In this document: positions 1-11,509 of the stretch, piece by piece
How positions within the stretch are numbered: the first letter of the stretch is position 1
Layout of the letters: each line of letters begins with the position of its first letter
NCBI RefSeq assembly: GCF_964194025.1
Contig: NC_134482.1
Coordinates: forward strand, 37,448,001-37,512,000
DNA from: Convolutriloba macropyga
Lineage: Eukaryota
DNA: 64,000 nt
Direction of reading: 5' to 3'
Notes under the pieces: model-generated
Databases searched by the model: none
What the model saw: the letters and a program-made list of their open reading frames with translations, nothing else
What the model was told of the DNA's origin: nothing
Translations under genes and position numbers: made by a program

Positions 1-872
1 TGATGAAAAAAATTCGAAATTTGAAAATTTGATCACAAAGTTTAAGCCAAAAAAACTTCAATCAAACAACTCAGCAGCCTTCTATCTTTGCCGGTACCTA
101 TAACATTCTACCATTTGAAATTTTACCTAATTTTAAATTCTTTTTTTTGAAATTGTGCTAAATTTTAGCAAAAATTATTGAAAATGTGAATATAAACTTT
201 CGAATAATCACAAAACTTGAATCCTCAATAACACACTGTAAAAATCAAAAATCGAAACAATATTTTTTATTCCATATTCTAGTTTGTACGTGCTTTTTAA
301 TGTTATCACTCATAACTCTCTACGATGAATATATCGATCGGCCAAAATTGTCGTAAAAAAGACCCATTTGAGTATATAGTTCCTCCCTCCCCACCAAAAT
401 GGGGGTCGGAACAAATGTTCAAGGAAACTTTTGCACGCAATTTGCCAATGCTAAATAAATGAAGGAAGCGTTTAGGTTACAATAAACCTCATGAATTTTA
501 GATATCTTCAGATATTTACAATAAAGTTGTAAAATCCGCTTTATTTTTAGAAATAAATCATATGTATTTTACTTTTGAAAGCCTTGGTAAAAATATATAC
601 GATAAACGCGCAAATGTTTTTTAACATGATTGGATTCTCTTTAAGTTACACACATATACTCCAAGTTTTGAAAAAATGTCAAGATTTCGCGAAAAAAAGG
701 CAGCAATCTTACAAAATTTTGAAAAACTGTGAAAGGAGTTCTTACTATACGGATCTAAATCTAGCTAAAAAAATTTCAAAAACCAGAAAAAAAAGTAAGT
801 TAACACTTTTTGCATATACGTTCTTAATAATGAAAATAATAATAGTAGTAGTGAAAATGCCGGTATTTTAAC

Positions 873-2722
873 GCCATGGCCTTTTTTAGGTATACTTTTC
901 GAAAACTTGTGAAATCTTTTGAAAATTTTGTTTCTCGTGGTTGGCAAAGACTTGTAATTTTTTTGTGAATTTGGTGTTGTGAGAGTGTTGGAACTTGTAA
1001 AATATTTGCAAAAAATTTGGTGTGGTAAATGAGTGAAACTTGTAAAATTTTTTGAAAATTTTGCAATTTTTTTTAAAAATTCTGAATCCTTTTTCTAGTC
1101 TATTGAGACTAATGAAGGGCTGAAAATCGAAAGTGACAAAACTGATGGAATACTGAGGTAAGGGAGGAAAAATATAGTTAAAATGTGATAAGTTTTCGTT
1201 CCAAGGTAAGAAACTTAATAGTTTTACGAGTCTGAGACCGCACAAGTGGCATTAATTTTATGGTTTTTATTTCCCATATGTTTGAATTAACAAGCAAGTG
1301 CGAAGTAATGAAATTTGAAGTTTGTTGATTTTCAAGCCTGGAGAAAAGTTTTAGGTAGAGTTTCGAACTGAAAATAGTGCATGAGAATCAATAGGGGACA
1401 AAATATCCTAAAAATTGACTGAAAAAAAAAGAAGAAATTGGGGTTTAAAACTTGTCTGAAAATTGGTTAAAAAAGTGATTTTATCGCTCCATTATTCTGT
1501 CGCAAAATGCTTGATATGGGAGCCAATTGAGTTATGGTAAAATTACGGGTTGAAAATAGTTTGAATGGAGCGCTCAAGGTGTATTTTTGAAGACATTTTG
1601 CGTCAAAAACAGACAAAATTTTGAAAAAAAAAGTGCAAAAATTGCTGTTTTGTGGTAATAAAAAGTTTAAAAAATTGTTTTTCGCCGCCAATAAGCAGTT
1701 TTAAACAATTTAAAAGCTGTTAAAAGATGGTGGGAGAAAAACTGTTGAGGAATCGGTTTTATTTTAAATAATATTTAGTGATAATTTGTACTTAAACTTT
1801 TTGTATTTTTTGATGAAAAAAGGCCAAAAATGTGCAGGAATTAGTAGTTTCTGAGGTAAGAATGTAGAATAAAATGTTCTATGGTAGTTATAAGGGGTTG
1901 GACAACAAAGTTTTATAAGTTGAAAGTTTGCTCGAACAATTAAAAAAGAGTAATTGGGTGTTGTTTGCATGTTACTTTTTGTTCTATTTTTGATATTTTT
2001 CGGCAAATTTTGACAAAAAAGTGAAAAAATTGAGGTTTCTTGAGCAAAGAATGTAAAATAAAGTAATATTTCTTGTTGAAACGCAATTTGCAAAGAAATT
2101 TTGTCCTTTAACAGCTTGGCGAAACAAATAATAGTGACTAATTATGTGCTGAATATATGTTTTTTTGTTAATTTTTATAATTTTTAGTTAAAACTATCAC
2201 TATTTTGCGAACCAAATGTTATAAAAGAACTTTATGCTGAAATAGCTGACGTAAAATTGTACAGTGGTCACTTTAATTATTTGCGCTGAAATTGTGGATA
2301 AAAAAAGGTTAGAGATTAAGAACAAAAAAAAGGAATGATTTTAACAATTTTGCCGGCGATGAACCCATTTATGTTTCTATGCATACTTTTTTGAAACTTG
2401 AGTATGACTTCATGTATGACTTCATTACATGGTACTCAGAACTTGGGTGTGGCAACCATAAAGGTAGGATGAGTTTGAGTTTGAGTTCTATTTTTAGCAT
2501 ATCTGTGAAATCAACCATGTAGAGCCAAGTGAGGAAAATTGCTCTTAAATAGTTTTTTTGGTATTGCATTTTCCTTGCGATTCAATTCCAAGAAAAGCCG
2601 CATTTCTTAAATTCATCTTACAGCGTATTCATACCATTAAGAGTTTATTTCTTGTCCACAACGGAAAGAAAGTTATGACTGAAAATCTTTCCTTTCACGA
2701 TAATAGTGACTTTTACCACGAA
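873..2722 (+). repeat. Left long inverted repeat (TIR-like, ~1.85 kb) of the Polinton-like element
   Basis: Collinear reverse-complement match to 14666-16496 throughout (e.g. tctgaatcctttttctagtctattgagactaatgaagg at ~1081 vs ~16250-16290; ...gacttttaccacgaa at 2722 vs 14666). Roughly 85-90% identity by eye. Confidence 0.9.
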
Positions 2723-3040
2723 ATTTCGTGCTCTAGCAAACGAATTGTTGTTGCTTCAGTAAAAACATACGAAACAACGGGAGCCTATTTTACTCTAAGA
2801 CTCTTCAAAAAAGATTCCGGGGAATTCTGTTTAAACCAAAGAATAACTCTCTCAGCTGCTGAATTCGATCTTCTCGGCCAGAAATTGAAAACGATTCAAG
2901 ATCTATCGTCTCGAGGAACTGCAATGAAAAGTAAACGAAGGAAACGATCTGGTTGTGAAAGTGATCTCGAAGATCTTGAAGAAAAACCTCATTGCGAAAG
3001 TAGAGGAGCAAAAAAATTACGACAAAAAAATAACAAATAA
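2675..3040 (+). CDS. Putative PC4-like ssDNA-binding protein (121 aa)
   Basis: Open ORF from ATG 2675. The pattern KRIVVASVKTY..GAYFTLRLFKKDSGEF..NQRITLSAAEFDLL resembles the PC4 fold (beta-sheet followed by a GISL..EQW-type helix). Basic and acidic low-complexity tail. Confidence 0.55.
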   Translation: MTENLSFHDNSDFYHEISCSSKRIVVASVKTYETTGAYFTLRLFKKDSGEFCLNQRITLSAAEFDLLGQKLKTIQDLSSRGTAMKSKRRKRSGCESDLEDLEEKPHCESRGAKKLRQKNNK

Positions 3041-3045
3041 AGCAA

Positions 3046-3387
3046 GTGAAAGTGACAAAGAAATTAATTAGCAAAATGGTGGAGGCAATGGTTGAGCGCA
3101 CACCGGAATATTTTCGCCAGTTTGCTAATCAGTGTCGTTATTTTATATGTCGATTTGAGCCTATATTTGACCATACCGTAACCAAGAACTTTGCCTGCAG
3201 CTTGCATATGAATGACAATTTTTGTAAAGTACCTGGATCTCATTATCATGTAATTGCCTCCAATGATCAACTTCCTGATTCTTTCAAGTCTACAGCATCC
3301 AAACCATTCATTATACCTGGTCTCTTCACCTGTTTCAAACTACTTATTAAAACAAACTTAACAAATAAAGTTTTTGTGGAGAAATAA
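3046..3387 (+). CDS. Hypothetical viral protein with HUH-like motif (SLH..D....PGSHYHVI)
   Basis: Open 113-aa ORF (first ATG 3076) directly after the PC4-like ORF; His-hydrophobic-His motif HYH followed by hydrophobic residues. Confidence 0.45.
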   Translation: MKVTKKLISKMVEAMVERTPEYFRQFANQCRYFICRFEPIFDHTVTKNFACSLHMNDNFCKVPGSHYHVIASNDQLPDSFKSTASKPFIIPGLFTCFKLLIKTNLTNKVFVEK

Positions 3388-3677
3388 TGAACAAAACTGA
3401 CGAAGCGGTGAACTACAACGAGAAACACCTATTGAACTTTGCAAACTCTAAGAGAAAACTACCTAACGTTGATTGTGTTTTCACCAATAGTCTTCAAAAT
3501 CAAACTGAGTTTTTGCCTACTTGTACGGTTGATAGATATTATAGTATTTATAATGGTGGCCTGTACGGTGAGTTTTCCAAAATACTTGATATAATAAATA
3601 GTGGCTATGTTTGTTTGGATGTTGACAATAGTTTGATAATGATAAATTTTAATATGGAATCGAAATCTTCTAAATAA
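3387..3677 (+). CDS. Hypothetical protein, possibly a frameshifted continuation of 3046-3387
   Basis: ATG overlaps the previous stop (TAATG); 96 aa; lies between the HUH-like ORF and the convergent protease gene. Confidence 0.35.
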   Translation: MNKTDEAVNYNEKHLLNFANSKRKLPNVDCVFTNSLQNQTEFLPTCTVDRYYSIYNGGLYGEFSKILDIINSGYVCLDVDNSLIMINFNMESKSSK

Positions 3678-3737
3678 AAATTTTGTTCTTTGTTGTCTTT
3701 GAAGAAATAATTGAGCAAAAATTTTAAATTAAAAATG

Positions 3738-4155
3738 TTAGAGCATATAATTAGCAAAGCGTAGCAAATCATTATCGTTCATATTCAAAAATAAAGGATA
3801 TTCGTAACCAAACAGCACATGTAAAATATAAATGCAAAAAAGTCCACTGAGTTTTGAGTTTTGATTTTGAATTGGCTTAAGTTTGAGTACTTGAGTTAAT
3901 TCATTGTAAAACTGTACCATACGGTAATACAGAATTTGGTAGTTTTGTATAGGGATTCCAAGCGGGTCAGCCAAATAAACTTTGTTTTTTGTGAAACAAA
4001 AGAACCATCAAATGACTTCCTTCATATTGCGCTGTTGAAGCATTAACTACAAAAAATCCCCGCCTTGTTAATTTTGGGAAATTATCTGCTGCAAAAACTC
4101 CATTAAAATAATATTTCAAATGTTTACATTTTCCCAACAAATAGCGTATTTTATC
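3738..4155 (-). pseudogene. Adenain-like (adenovirus-type) cysteine maturation protease, copy A
   Basis: FNGVFAADNFP, NAST..EGSH, LADPLG, IQNQNSKLSGLFCIY. Catalytic Cys reads as Ser. N-terminus lost by a deletion fusing it to the capsid gene. Confidence 0.85.
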
Positions 4156-4156
4156 A

Positions 4157-5301
4157 CTATGCCTCTTGCGTTGAAGTTAAATGAAAAGCTAGCATAAAGT
4201 GATTGGGATAATTGTCCAGAGTTATGCCATGCCCACCTTTGTCAAGAAAAGCTGGGGCTTCTAGAGTATTGAAGTAAATTCAGTGGTTAAAAGTTGTTGA
4301 GACCGGAGTTCCAACAATAGGTTGACCAATTCTATAGACAACAATCTGGTTCAAATTGAATTTCTGGCAGTGAAAAAAATTAATGCGATTAGTTCCAAGG
4401 TATGCTTGATTTGTTGCCATTGCAATTATCATACGTTGAGCAAATACTTTCGAGAAAATCTCCTCATGGCTCCAACTTCTTATTCCAGTTGTAGTTAAAA
4501 AATTTCGTGGCAATACTTCTGTATAGCGATACACGGCAGGTGTTTTTAGTAGAGTTTTCTCAATTGCCGTCAAAACAAGATCCGCTATTGTCATTTTTCT
4601 AAGCTAGAGATTAGCTTCAATTATTTTAACTTTGTAATGTTTGTTTGACTCTGAAATTACAGCAAAACCATTTGTAGACCTTCTAAAGGAAATTCGCAGG
4701 TTAACACCATTAAGTAGGTCTTATCACAAGTTAAAATATCACTCACCGGCTTTCTAATAAAATAGTTTTCCTGAGAATTATCAACAAGAGCTTTTCTGGC
4801 CAATACGCCGTCCGCGCGACCGTCGCTGCCATCAATTTTAGCTGGCTTATCCTCGTAATAATATCCCTGACAAGCTAGCTATGTTGTTTTTTGCAGTTTT
4901 TTCTGAAGAAAATTCTGTTTCAATGAATGCTTTGTGCGCATAATTTCCTCTTGTGTTGGAAATTTTAACACCGTTAGCAGATACAGTGCATTCTGAAAAT
5001 AAAGAATGTAATGCATTGTTGCTTAAGTATGGCGTATCGGTATTTGCAGCGTCAGTTCCTGTTCTTAAATTGCCGTCATTGTTCCGGGAGTTTTTGCATT
5101 TAATTTCAAGGAGAAGTTTTTTTAATTCTATAAAATTGTTCCTATTACCCAACAGTTCAAACTCAAGCATTGGACCATCCGGGGAATATGATGGCCCGTT
5201 TTTAGAGTAAACGCATTGTCAAAAGTAATAAGCAGAGGCTGTTTTTCAAACAAATCAAGTGTGGTGTGTGCTGCCTCTGCGGACAGCAAATTAGTAATCA
5301 T
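4157..5301 (-). pseudogene. Polinton/adintovirus major capsid protein (double jelly-roll), copy A
   Basis: MITNLLSAEAAHTTLDLFEKQP...GPMLEFELLG...NNALHSLFSECTVSANG...YAHKAFIET, then RRMIIAM..N.AYLGT...F.K.NLNQIVVYRNGQP. Frameshifts, stops and C-terminal deletion. Confidence 0.88.
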
Positions 5302-5590
5302 TTTGAACTTCAGAAAAGAAATTTGACCGACTTCTCGTCAAAGGATTCTTCTTACAAATGCCTTGTTTTGGCTTTTCACCGTTGGTTTTTAATTTACGCA
5401 TTCTTCCTGTTTTTGATCTGCCCACTTGTTTTCTTACAGTTTTTTGCACAGTCGAACTTTTGTGCTTGTTATGGAGACTTTTTCTTTGTAACTACATCTA
5501 CCAGCTCAGGAGTTGCTTGAACAATTAGTTCACGTCCAATCTTTTTGGCTACAGTCCAGAGAAACTTTCTTGCAATAATTCCTTCGTTTT
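5292..5590 (-). pseudogene. Basic core-like protein remnant upstream of major capsid, copy A
   Basis: ARKFLWTVAKKIGRELIVQATPEL.DVVTKKKSP..TVRKQVG...RSRSNFFS; K/R-rich, in the position of the Polinton core-like gene; 5' part deleted. Confidence 0.55.
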
Positions 5591-5599
5591 TACCAAAAA

Positions 5600-5980
5600 A
5601 TAGGGATAAAACTCTATTGATTTTGTTAAATTGATAGACAAAATGAGGAAATCCTGTAGCTGTTTTTAAGGATCTGAAAAGATGGTCAGGGTTTTCATAG
5701 GAACCAATTCCAATGATAGCTCGTTCTTCTCCGTATGGTCTGGGACAGCATCAAATGGAATATTTTCCTCATAAAACTTAAGGCCCTCAGAAAAAATTAT
5801 CTTCAAATCACTTTTGTTCACTTGTTTTATTTTTGCCGGGATGTTTTCACTTAGTGCAACTCGCCAATCCCCCTCCAAATTAATTTCTTTATTGAAATAA
5901 TTTTTGAATGAGGACAACGTGTTTTGAGGAAAAATATTCAATGATGCTGGTGAAAATAAGTGAACCGTGAATTCTATCAT
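5600..5980 (-). pseudogene. Minor capsid (penton-like) protein, N-terminal remnant, copy A
   Basis: FTVHLFSPASLNIFPQNTLSSFKNYFNKEINLEGDWRVALSE matches the typical Polinton minor-capsid N-terminus; truncated. Confidence 0.8.
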
Positions 5981-6007
5981 GTTTTGTTATATAACTACTA
6001 TTGTCTC

Positions 6008-6508
6008 TAAATTTTGACCAACTCTAACTCATAAAATTTTCCTTTGACTGGCTCCTGGGATGCGTCAATGAGACTACAAGTAGGGGGATTTGTTGTAGGT
6101 ATATCGTAAATCTCGAAAACTTTGTTGGTAAATGTTTGCTTGTATCCTTTTCTAAAAGGAAGATCCGCTTTTGATATTCGCACAAAGTCCCCAAAGTAAA
6201 ATTTTGGTCGACGAAATAGTTTTGCTGCGTATTAAAAATTAATGATATCAAGTAAGGAACGTCTTTCTTTGTCATTTTATTGGGCGCCAATTTCGTTACT
6301 CTGTTGACTCTAGAGAAAATGGTTTGTACAAAGCTCTGCAATTGATTAATATACGAGTATGTTCATTTGTTCTCTAAACACTATATCAAATTCTTGAGCG
6401 ATCGCATATTTCTATCCGCAAATGCTGAATTGTTCTTGCTGAAAGTTTTATAAACTTCAATATCTTTTTTCTGACAAAGAGTGCTGAAGGAGCCCTTAAT
6501 TTCTGTAC
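6008..6508 (-). pseudogene. Integrase C-terminal half (duplicated fragment)
   Basis: Near-identical copy of 8735-9238. Confidence 0.85.
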
Positions 6509-6522
6509 CATAATCGTAACCA

Positions 6523-6884
6523 GATATTCGTAACCAAACAGCACATGTAAAATATAAATGCAAAAAAATCCACAGAGTTTTGAGTTTCAATTTTGAATTG
6601 GCTTAAGTTTGAGTACTTGAGTTAATTAATTGTAAAACTGTACCATACGATAATACAGAATTTGGTAGTTTTGTATAGGGATTCCAAGCGGGTCAGCCAA
6701 ATAAACTTTGTTTTTTTTGCGAAACAAAAGAACCATCCAATGACTTCCTTCATATTTCGCTGTTGAAGCATTAACTACAAAAAATCCCCGCCTTGTTAAT
6801 TTTGGGAAATTATCTGCTGCAAAAACTCCATTAAAATAATATTTCAAATGTGTACATTTTCCCAACAAATAGCGTATTTTATCA
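6523..6884 (-). pseudogene. Adenain-like cysteine protease, copy B (truncated at duplication junction)
   Basis: ORF 6626-6868 has GSHW and LADPLG; the following segment encodes KLCGFFC out of frame after a stop. Confidence 0.85.
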
Positions 6885-8029
6885 CTATGCCTCTTGCGTT
6901 GAAGTTAAATGAAAAGCTAGCATAAAGTGATTGGGATAATTGTCCAGAGTTATGCCATGCCCACCTTTGTCAAGAAAAGCTGGGGCTTCTAGAGTATTGA
7001 AGTAAATGCAGTGGTTAAAAGTTGTTGAGACCGGAGTTCCAACAATAGGTTGACCATTTCTATAGACAACAATCTGGTTCAAATTGAATTTCTGGCAGTT
7101 AAAAAAATTAATGCGATTAGTTCCAAGGTATGCTTGATTTGTTGCCATTGCAATTATCATACGTCGAGCAAATACTTTCGAGAAAATCTCCTCATGGCTC
7201 CAACTTCTTATTCCAGTTGTAGTTAAAAAAGTTCGTGGCAATACTTCTGTATAGCGATACACGGCAGGTGTTTTTAGTAGAGTTTTCTCAATTGCCGTCA
7301 AAACAAGATCCGCTATTGTCATTTTTCTAAGCTAGAGATTAGCTTCAATTATTTTAACTTTGTAATGTTTGTTTGACTCTGAAATTACAGCAAAACCATT
7401 TGTAGACCTTCTAAAGGAAATTCGCTGGGTAACACCATTAAGTAGGTCTTATCACAAGTTAAAATATCACTCAGCGGCTTTCTAATAAAATAGTTTTCCT
7501 GAGAATTATCAACAAGAGCTTTTCTGGCCAATACGTCGTCCGCGCGACCGTCGGTGCCATCAATTTTAGCTGGCTTATCCTCGTAATAATATCCCTGACA
7601 AGCTAGCTATGTTGTTTTTTGCAGTTTTTTCTGAAGAAAATTCTGTTTCAATGAATGCTTTGTGCGCATAATTTCCTCTTGGGTTGGAAATTTTAACACC
7701 GTTAGCAGATACAGTGCATTCTGAAAATAAAGAATGTAATGCATTGTTGCTTAAGTATGGCGTATCGGTATTTGCAGCGTCAGTTCCTGTTCTTAAATTG
7801 CCGTCATTGTTCCGGGAGTTTTTGCATTTAATTTCAAGGAGAAGTTTTTGTAATTCTATGAAATTGTTCCTATTACCCAAAAGTTCAAACTCAAGCATTG
7901 GACCATCCGGGGAATATGATGGCCCGTTTTTAGAGTAAACGCATTGTCAAAAGTAATAAGCAGAGGCTGTTTTTCAAACAAATCAAGTGTGGTGTGTGCT
8001 GCCTCTGCGGACAGCAAATTAGTAATCAC
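6885..8029 (-). pseudogene. Polinton/adintovirus major capsid protein, copy B
   Basis: ORF fragments 7575-7898 and 6885-7322, ending ...GHGITLDNYPNHFMLAFHLTSTQEA; frameshifted. Confidence 0.88.
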
Positions 8030-8317
8030 TTTGAACTTCAGAAAAGAAATTTGACCGACTTCTCGTCAAAGGATTCTTCTTACAAATGCCTTGTTTTGGC
8101 TTTTCACCGTTGGTTTTTAATTTACGCATTCTTCCTGTTTTTGATCTGCCCACTTGTTTTCTTACAGTTTTTTGCACAGTCAACTTTTTTGCTTGTTATG
8201 GAGACTTTTTCTTTGTAACTACATCTTCCAGCTCAGGAGTTGCTTGAACAATTAGTTCACGTCCAATCTTTTTGGCTACAGTCCAAAGAAACTTTCTTGC
8301 AATAATTCCTTCGTTTT
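8020..8317 (-). pseudogene. Basic core-like protein remnant, copy B
   Basis: Duplicate of 5292-5590. Confidence 0.55.
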
Positions 8318-8329
8318 TACCAAAAAATA

Positions 8330-8707
8330 GGGATAAAACTCTATTGATTTTGTTAAATTGATAGACAAAATGAGGAAATCCTGTAGCTGTTTTTAAGGAT
8401 CTGAAAAGATGGTCAGGGTTTTCATAGGAACCAATTCCAATGATAGCTCGTTCTTCTCCGTATGGTCTGGGACAGCATCAAATGGAATATTTTCCTCATA
8501 AAACTTAAGGCCCTCAGAAAAAATTATCTTCAAATCACTTTTGTTCACTTGTTTTATTTTTGCCGGGATGTTTTCACTTAGTGCAACTCGCCAATCCCCC
8601 TCCAAATTAATTTCTTTATTGAAATAATTTTTGAATGAGGACAACGTGTTTTGAGGAAAAATATTCAATGATGCTGGTGAAAATAAGTGAACCGTGAATT
8701 CTATCAT
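8330..8707 (-). pseudogene. Minor capsid (penton-like) protein, N-terminal remnant, copy B
   Basis: Translation identical to 5666-5980. Confidence 0.8.
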
Positions 8708-8734
8708 GTTTTGTTATATAACTACTATTGTCTC

Positions 8735-9650
8735 TAAATTTTGACCAACTCTAACTCATAAAATTTTCCTTTGACTGGCTCCTGGGATGCGTCAATGAGA
8801 CTACAAGTAGGGGGATTTGTTGTAGGTATATCGTAAATCTCGAAAACTTTGTTGGTAAATGTTTGCTTGTATCCTTTTCTAAAAGGAAGATCCGCTTTTG
8901 ATATTCGCACAAAGTCCCCAAAGTAAAATTTTGGTCGACGAAATGGTTTTGCTGCGTATTAAAAATTAATGATATCAAGTAAGGAACGTATTTCTTTGTC
9001 ATTTTATTGGGCGCCAATTTCGTTACTCTGTTGACTCTAGAGAAAATGGTTTGTACAAAGCTCTGCAATTGATTAATATACGAGTATGTCCATTTGTCCT
9101 CTAAACACTTGTATATCAAATTCTAGAGCGATCGTATATTTCTATCCGCAAATGCTGATTTTTTCTTGCTGAAAGTTTTATAAACTTCAATATCTTTTTT
9201 CTGACAAAGAGTGCTGAAGGAGCCCTTAATTTCTGTACTAGCATCTACCCACACGTTTATAGGTTGCTTGTTTTTTATCATTTTCTTAAACGCATCTGCT
9301 GTTGTTGTGGCGTACTTTGATTTTAAGTGTTCGACTCGTAGATAACGTGAAAGACAGTCCACCGCAACCAACAAATATTTTACATCTTTGTTCTCTTTTG
9401 CAAATTTATCCACATAGGCCAATTCTAGCGACCAAATCTCGTTTATGTCGTAAGCAATAGCTTTCAGTGTTGAAAATCTTTTTCTATATTTCTTATGCTT
9501 TGTGTGGGCATTTTTACCCTCTAGAAGCAACTTCACTTTACTTGGTTTCAATTTTGTGCTTTTTGTCGATTTTTACGCTTCCGTACCCTGTGGGACGTTT
9601 CGTATACTTTAACTCAAGCAATTTTTTCTCATCCCTCAAAAGATTCCCGG
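8735..9650 (-). pseudogene. Retroviral-like (rve, c-integrase) DDE integrase of Polinton type
   Basis: YTK.PTGYGSV, AHTKHKKYRKRF, WSLELAYVD, YLLVAVDCLSRY, VWVDASTE, KSAFADRNIRSL, then KF.FGDFVRISK..PFRKGYKQTFT and GKFYELEL. First Asp reads as Glu and catalytic Glu as Asp; stops and frameshifts present. Confidence 0.93.
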
Positions 9651-10210
9651 TTTTTCTCCTCTTGCTGAGTTTTGTCTTCCTTTGAGGTTCCGAAACCACT
9701 TCCGGCGTCTGAGGATTCCTCTGTAAGTAATTGACTGGTTTCTTCGTGCTTGGTTCTTCTTGGCGCAAAATTTTCTCTTTCTTTTTTGTTTAGTAACCCT
9801 TTGAGTTCTTTTCCGGATAAAAATATCAGCATTACTGTTGATCACCAAATCTTCTTTTATGTTTAAGGCCTCTAGAATTTTGATATAATCTGGATTACTT
9901 AGTTTTTTAGTTAGTTGCTGCAAATCATGGAGAAAAATAGGGACATTTATTCCTGTCGCTGTTCCGTCAACAATTAAATTTTGATTTTCGTCTATAACGA
10001 CGTTTTTTGATTCTTTAATGAGGTTAACTGTTTTTTTCGTCCTGGTAAGTTTTCATTTGTTAGCATACGGTTCAAAAACGAAAGATGAGCACCTCTATGC
10101 TGAACTCTCGGATCATTTAGAAATTATCATTTAAAATTTGGGAAGAAAATGGTTGCTCCTCATAAACTGATTTTTGGGAATCAAAATAAACTCTTCAGCA
10201 GTTCACATTG
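9636..10210 (-). pseudogene. Conserved uncharacterised Polinton protein upstream of integrase
   Basis: LIVDGTATGINVPIFLHDLQQLTKKLSNPDYIKILEALNI..DLVIN resembles the conserved ORF found between ATPase and integrase; disrupted 5' part. Confidence 0.5.
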
Positions 10211-10211
10211 C

Positions 10212-10490
10212 TCAACTCAAATGGATGAAACAAAATTTAATATTGAGCTGAATCAGTTCAAAACCGGGTTTTGTTAGAAAAAGTGCTCGTCGTTTATCCG
10301 TCGATGAATTTTTCTTGAGAACGCTTTCAAATATGTGTCTCTAATCTTCTAAGTCTCTTACTTTCACTCTAACGTGGACCAGTAAAACATTGAGAAGACA
10401 TTCACATAAAACCAGTATAACATCACTATCACAACTACGGAAATATTTCCTTAACTCGTTTGGCTGCAAATGTACAATTTGCTTCAGTTT
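10212..10490 (-). pseudogene. Small conserved Polinton protein (CECxLNVL motif) downstream of ATPase
   Basis: Manual translation: ELRKYFRSCDSDVILVLCECLLNVLLVHV...*...KRRALFLTKPGFELI, with one internal stop. Confidence 0.55.
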
Positions 10491-11150
10491 AGATAATTTT
10501 TTCTCTTTCATTGTTTAGTGGAGTTGTTTTTGCTTTATCAGATGGAAGATAAAAAACTGTAGGACCTGGCTCAGTAATATTTGAACAGTATCGTAAACAA
10601 TCAGAATTTTTTGGAACTAGATCTATAAGCAAATTTCCAAACGATTCTTTTGTTGCCAGTTGATAGCACTGTTTTAAAAATTTAACAAGGTTCAACTACT
10701 TGCCTAAAAAATCAATTTGTTGAATGTCGCGAGCTGATTTGAACAAAATGATGTGTGTTGTGTTAAAGTCTATTGTACGAGACCACTTGCTCTGTTGATA
10801 AAGGTTGTGCTTTATAGGAATAACTTTAATATTTTTGTGACGCCCTGCAGTGGTCAGTTTAACAAAATCATTGTCATTGTAAATTTCTTCGCACGAGTCG
10901 TCTATTATCAGAAGACAGTTTGCAAGGCTTTTCAAAAATTCTAAATTGCCGTTTTTGTTAAAGGTAACACCAAGTCTTTTCTCCAATTTGATGTATTTTT
11001 GTTGCAATTCTCTGTATAAGAAAATAATTTTGCTAAATTTTGGGAAAAATGTGTTTCCACTCAGCATTTTGAAAATTAACTCTGGTTTGCCGCCACCTGA
11101 AGAACTACAACGGCCATGAAGACCCTATCTTGTGTAGATACAATTTTATT
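10489..11150 (-). pseudogene. A32/FtsK-HerA-type genome packaging ATPase
   Basis: Degenerate Walker A (AVV-SSGGGKPEL, frameshifted), Walker B LLIIDDS, GRHKNIKVI..HNLYQQSKWSRTIDFNTTHIILFKSARD.QQI, then FGNLLIDLVP...LRYCSNI; in-frame stop at 10696. Confidence 0.92.
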
Positions 11151-11509
11151 CAAAGTCTTGGATTCGGTAAAATTTAACCAACTAAACTAGACAAAATTGA
11201 TATCCAAGATGATGTTTCTTCACAATTTGGTTTTAAAATGGTTAATTTAACAATACAAAATGATATCAGCCGTAAAACAACAAACATTTGCAAAAAAAAT
11301 ACAACTTCTGACCGTGACAACGTTGTTTGATTGCAAAATTGCCATGACGATTTGCTGCTACTTTCTTTTTTCAAAATAACTTTCTTCGACAACAGCGTCA
11401 ACTTGATCAACTGTTACTCCCTACATGTCGACACAAAAAAAATTTTTTAAAAAAGTTTATTGAGAAAAAAGTCACTCTACATAAAACAATTCATAGCAAT
11501 TGAACTCGG

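Larger units (their letters stand above)
3797..9238. repeat. Tandem direct duplication, units 3797-6508 and 6523-9238 (~2.7 kb each)
   Basis: Near-identical sequence and ORF translations (4847/7575, 5666/8393, 4280/6885); 14-nt filler cataatcgtaacca at 6509-6522. Confidence 0.97.

Noticed and set aside
575-2569. Short ORFs in and next to the left inverted repeat, and at 16072-16572
   Set aside because: K/F/N-rich translations of AT-rich DNA; frames are not preserved between the two repeat copies.
4953-5520. Plus-strand ORFs 4953-5210 and 5266-5520 (and duplicates at 7684 and 7994)
   Set aside because: Antisense shadows of the capsid and core gene remnants.
3738-11150. Bacteriophage or prophage interpretation
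   Set aside because: rve integrase plus adenain plus A32-like ATPase is the eukaryotic Polinton set, and the host gene next door has spliceosomal introns.
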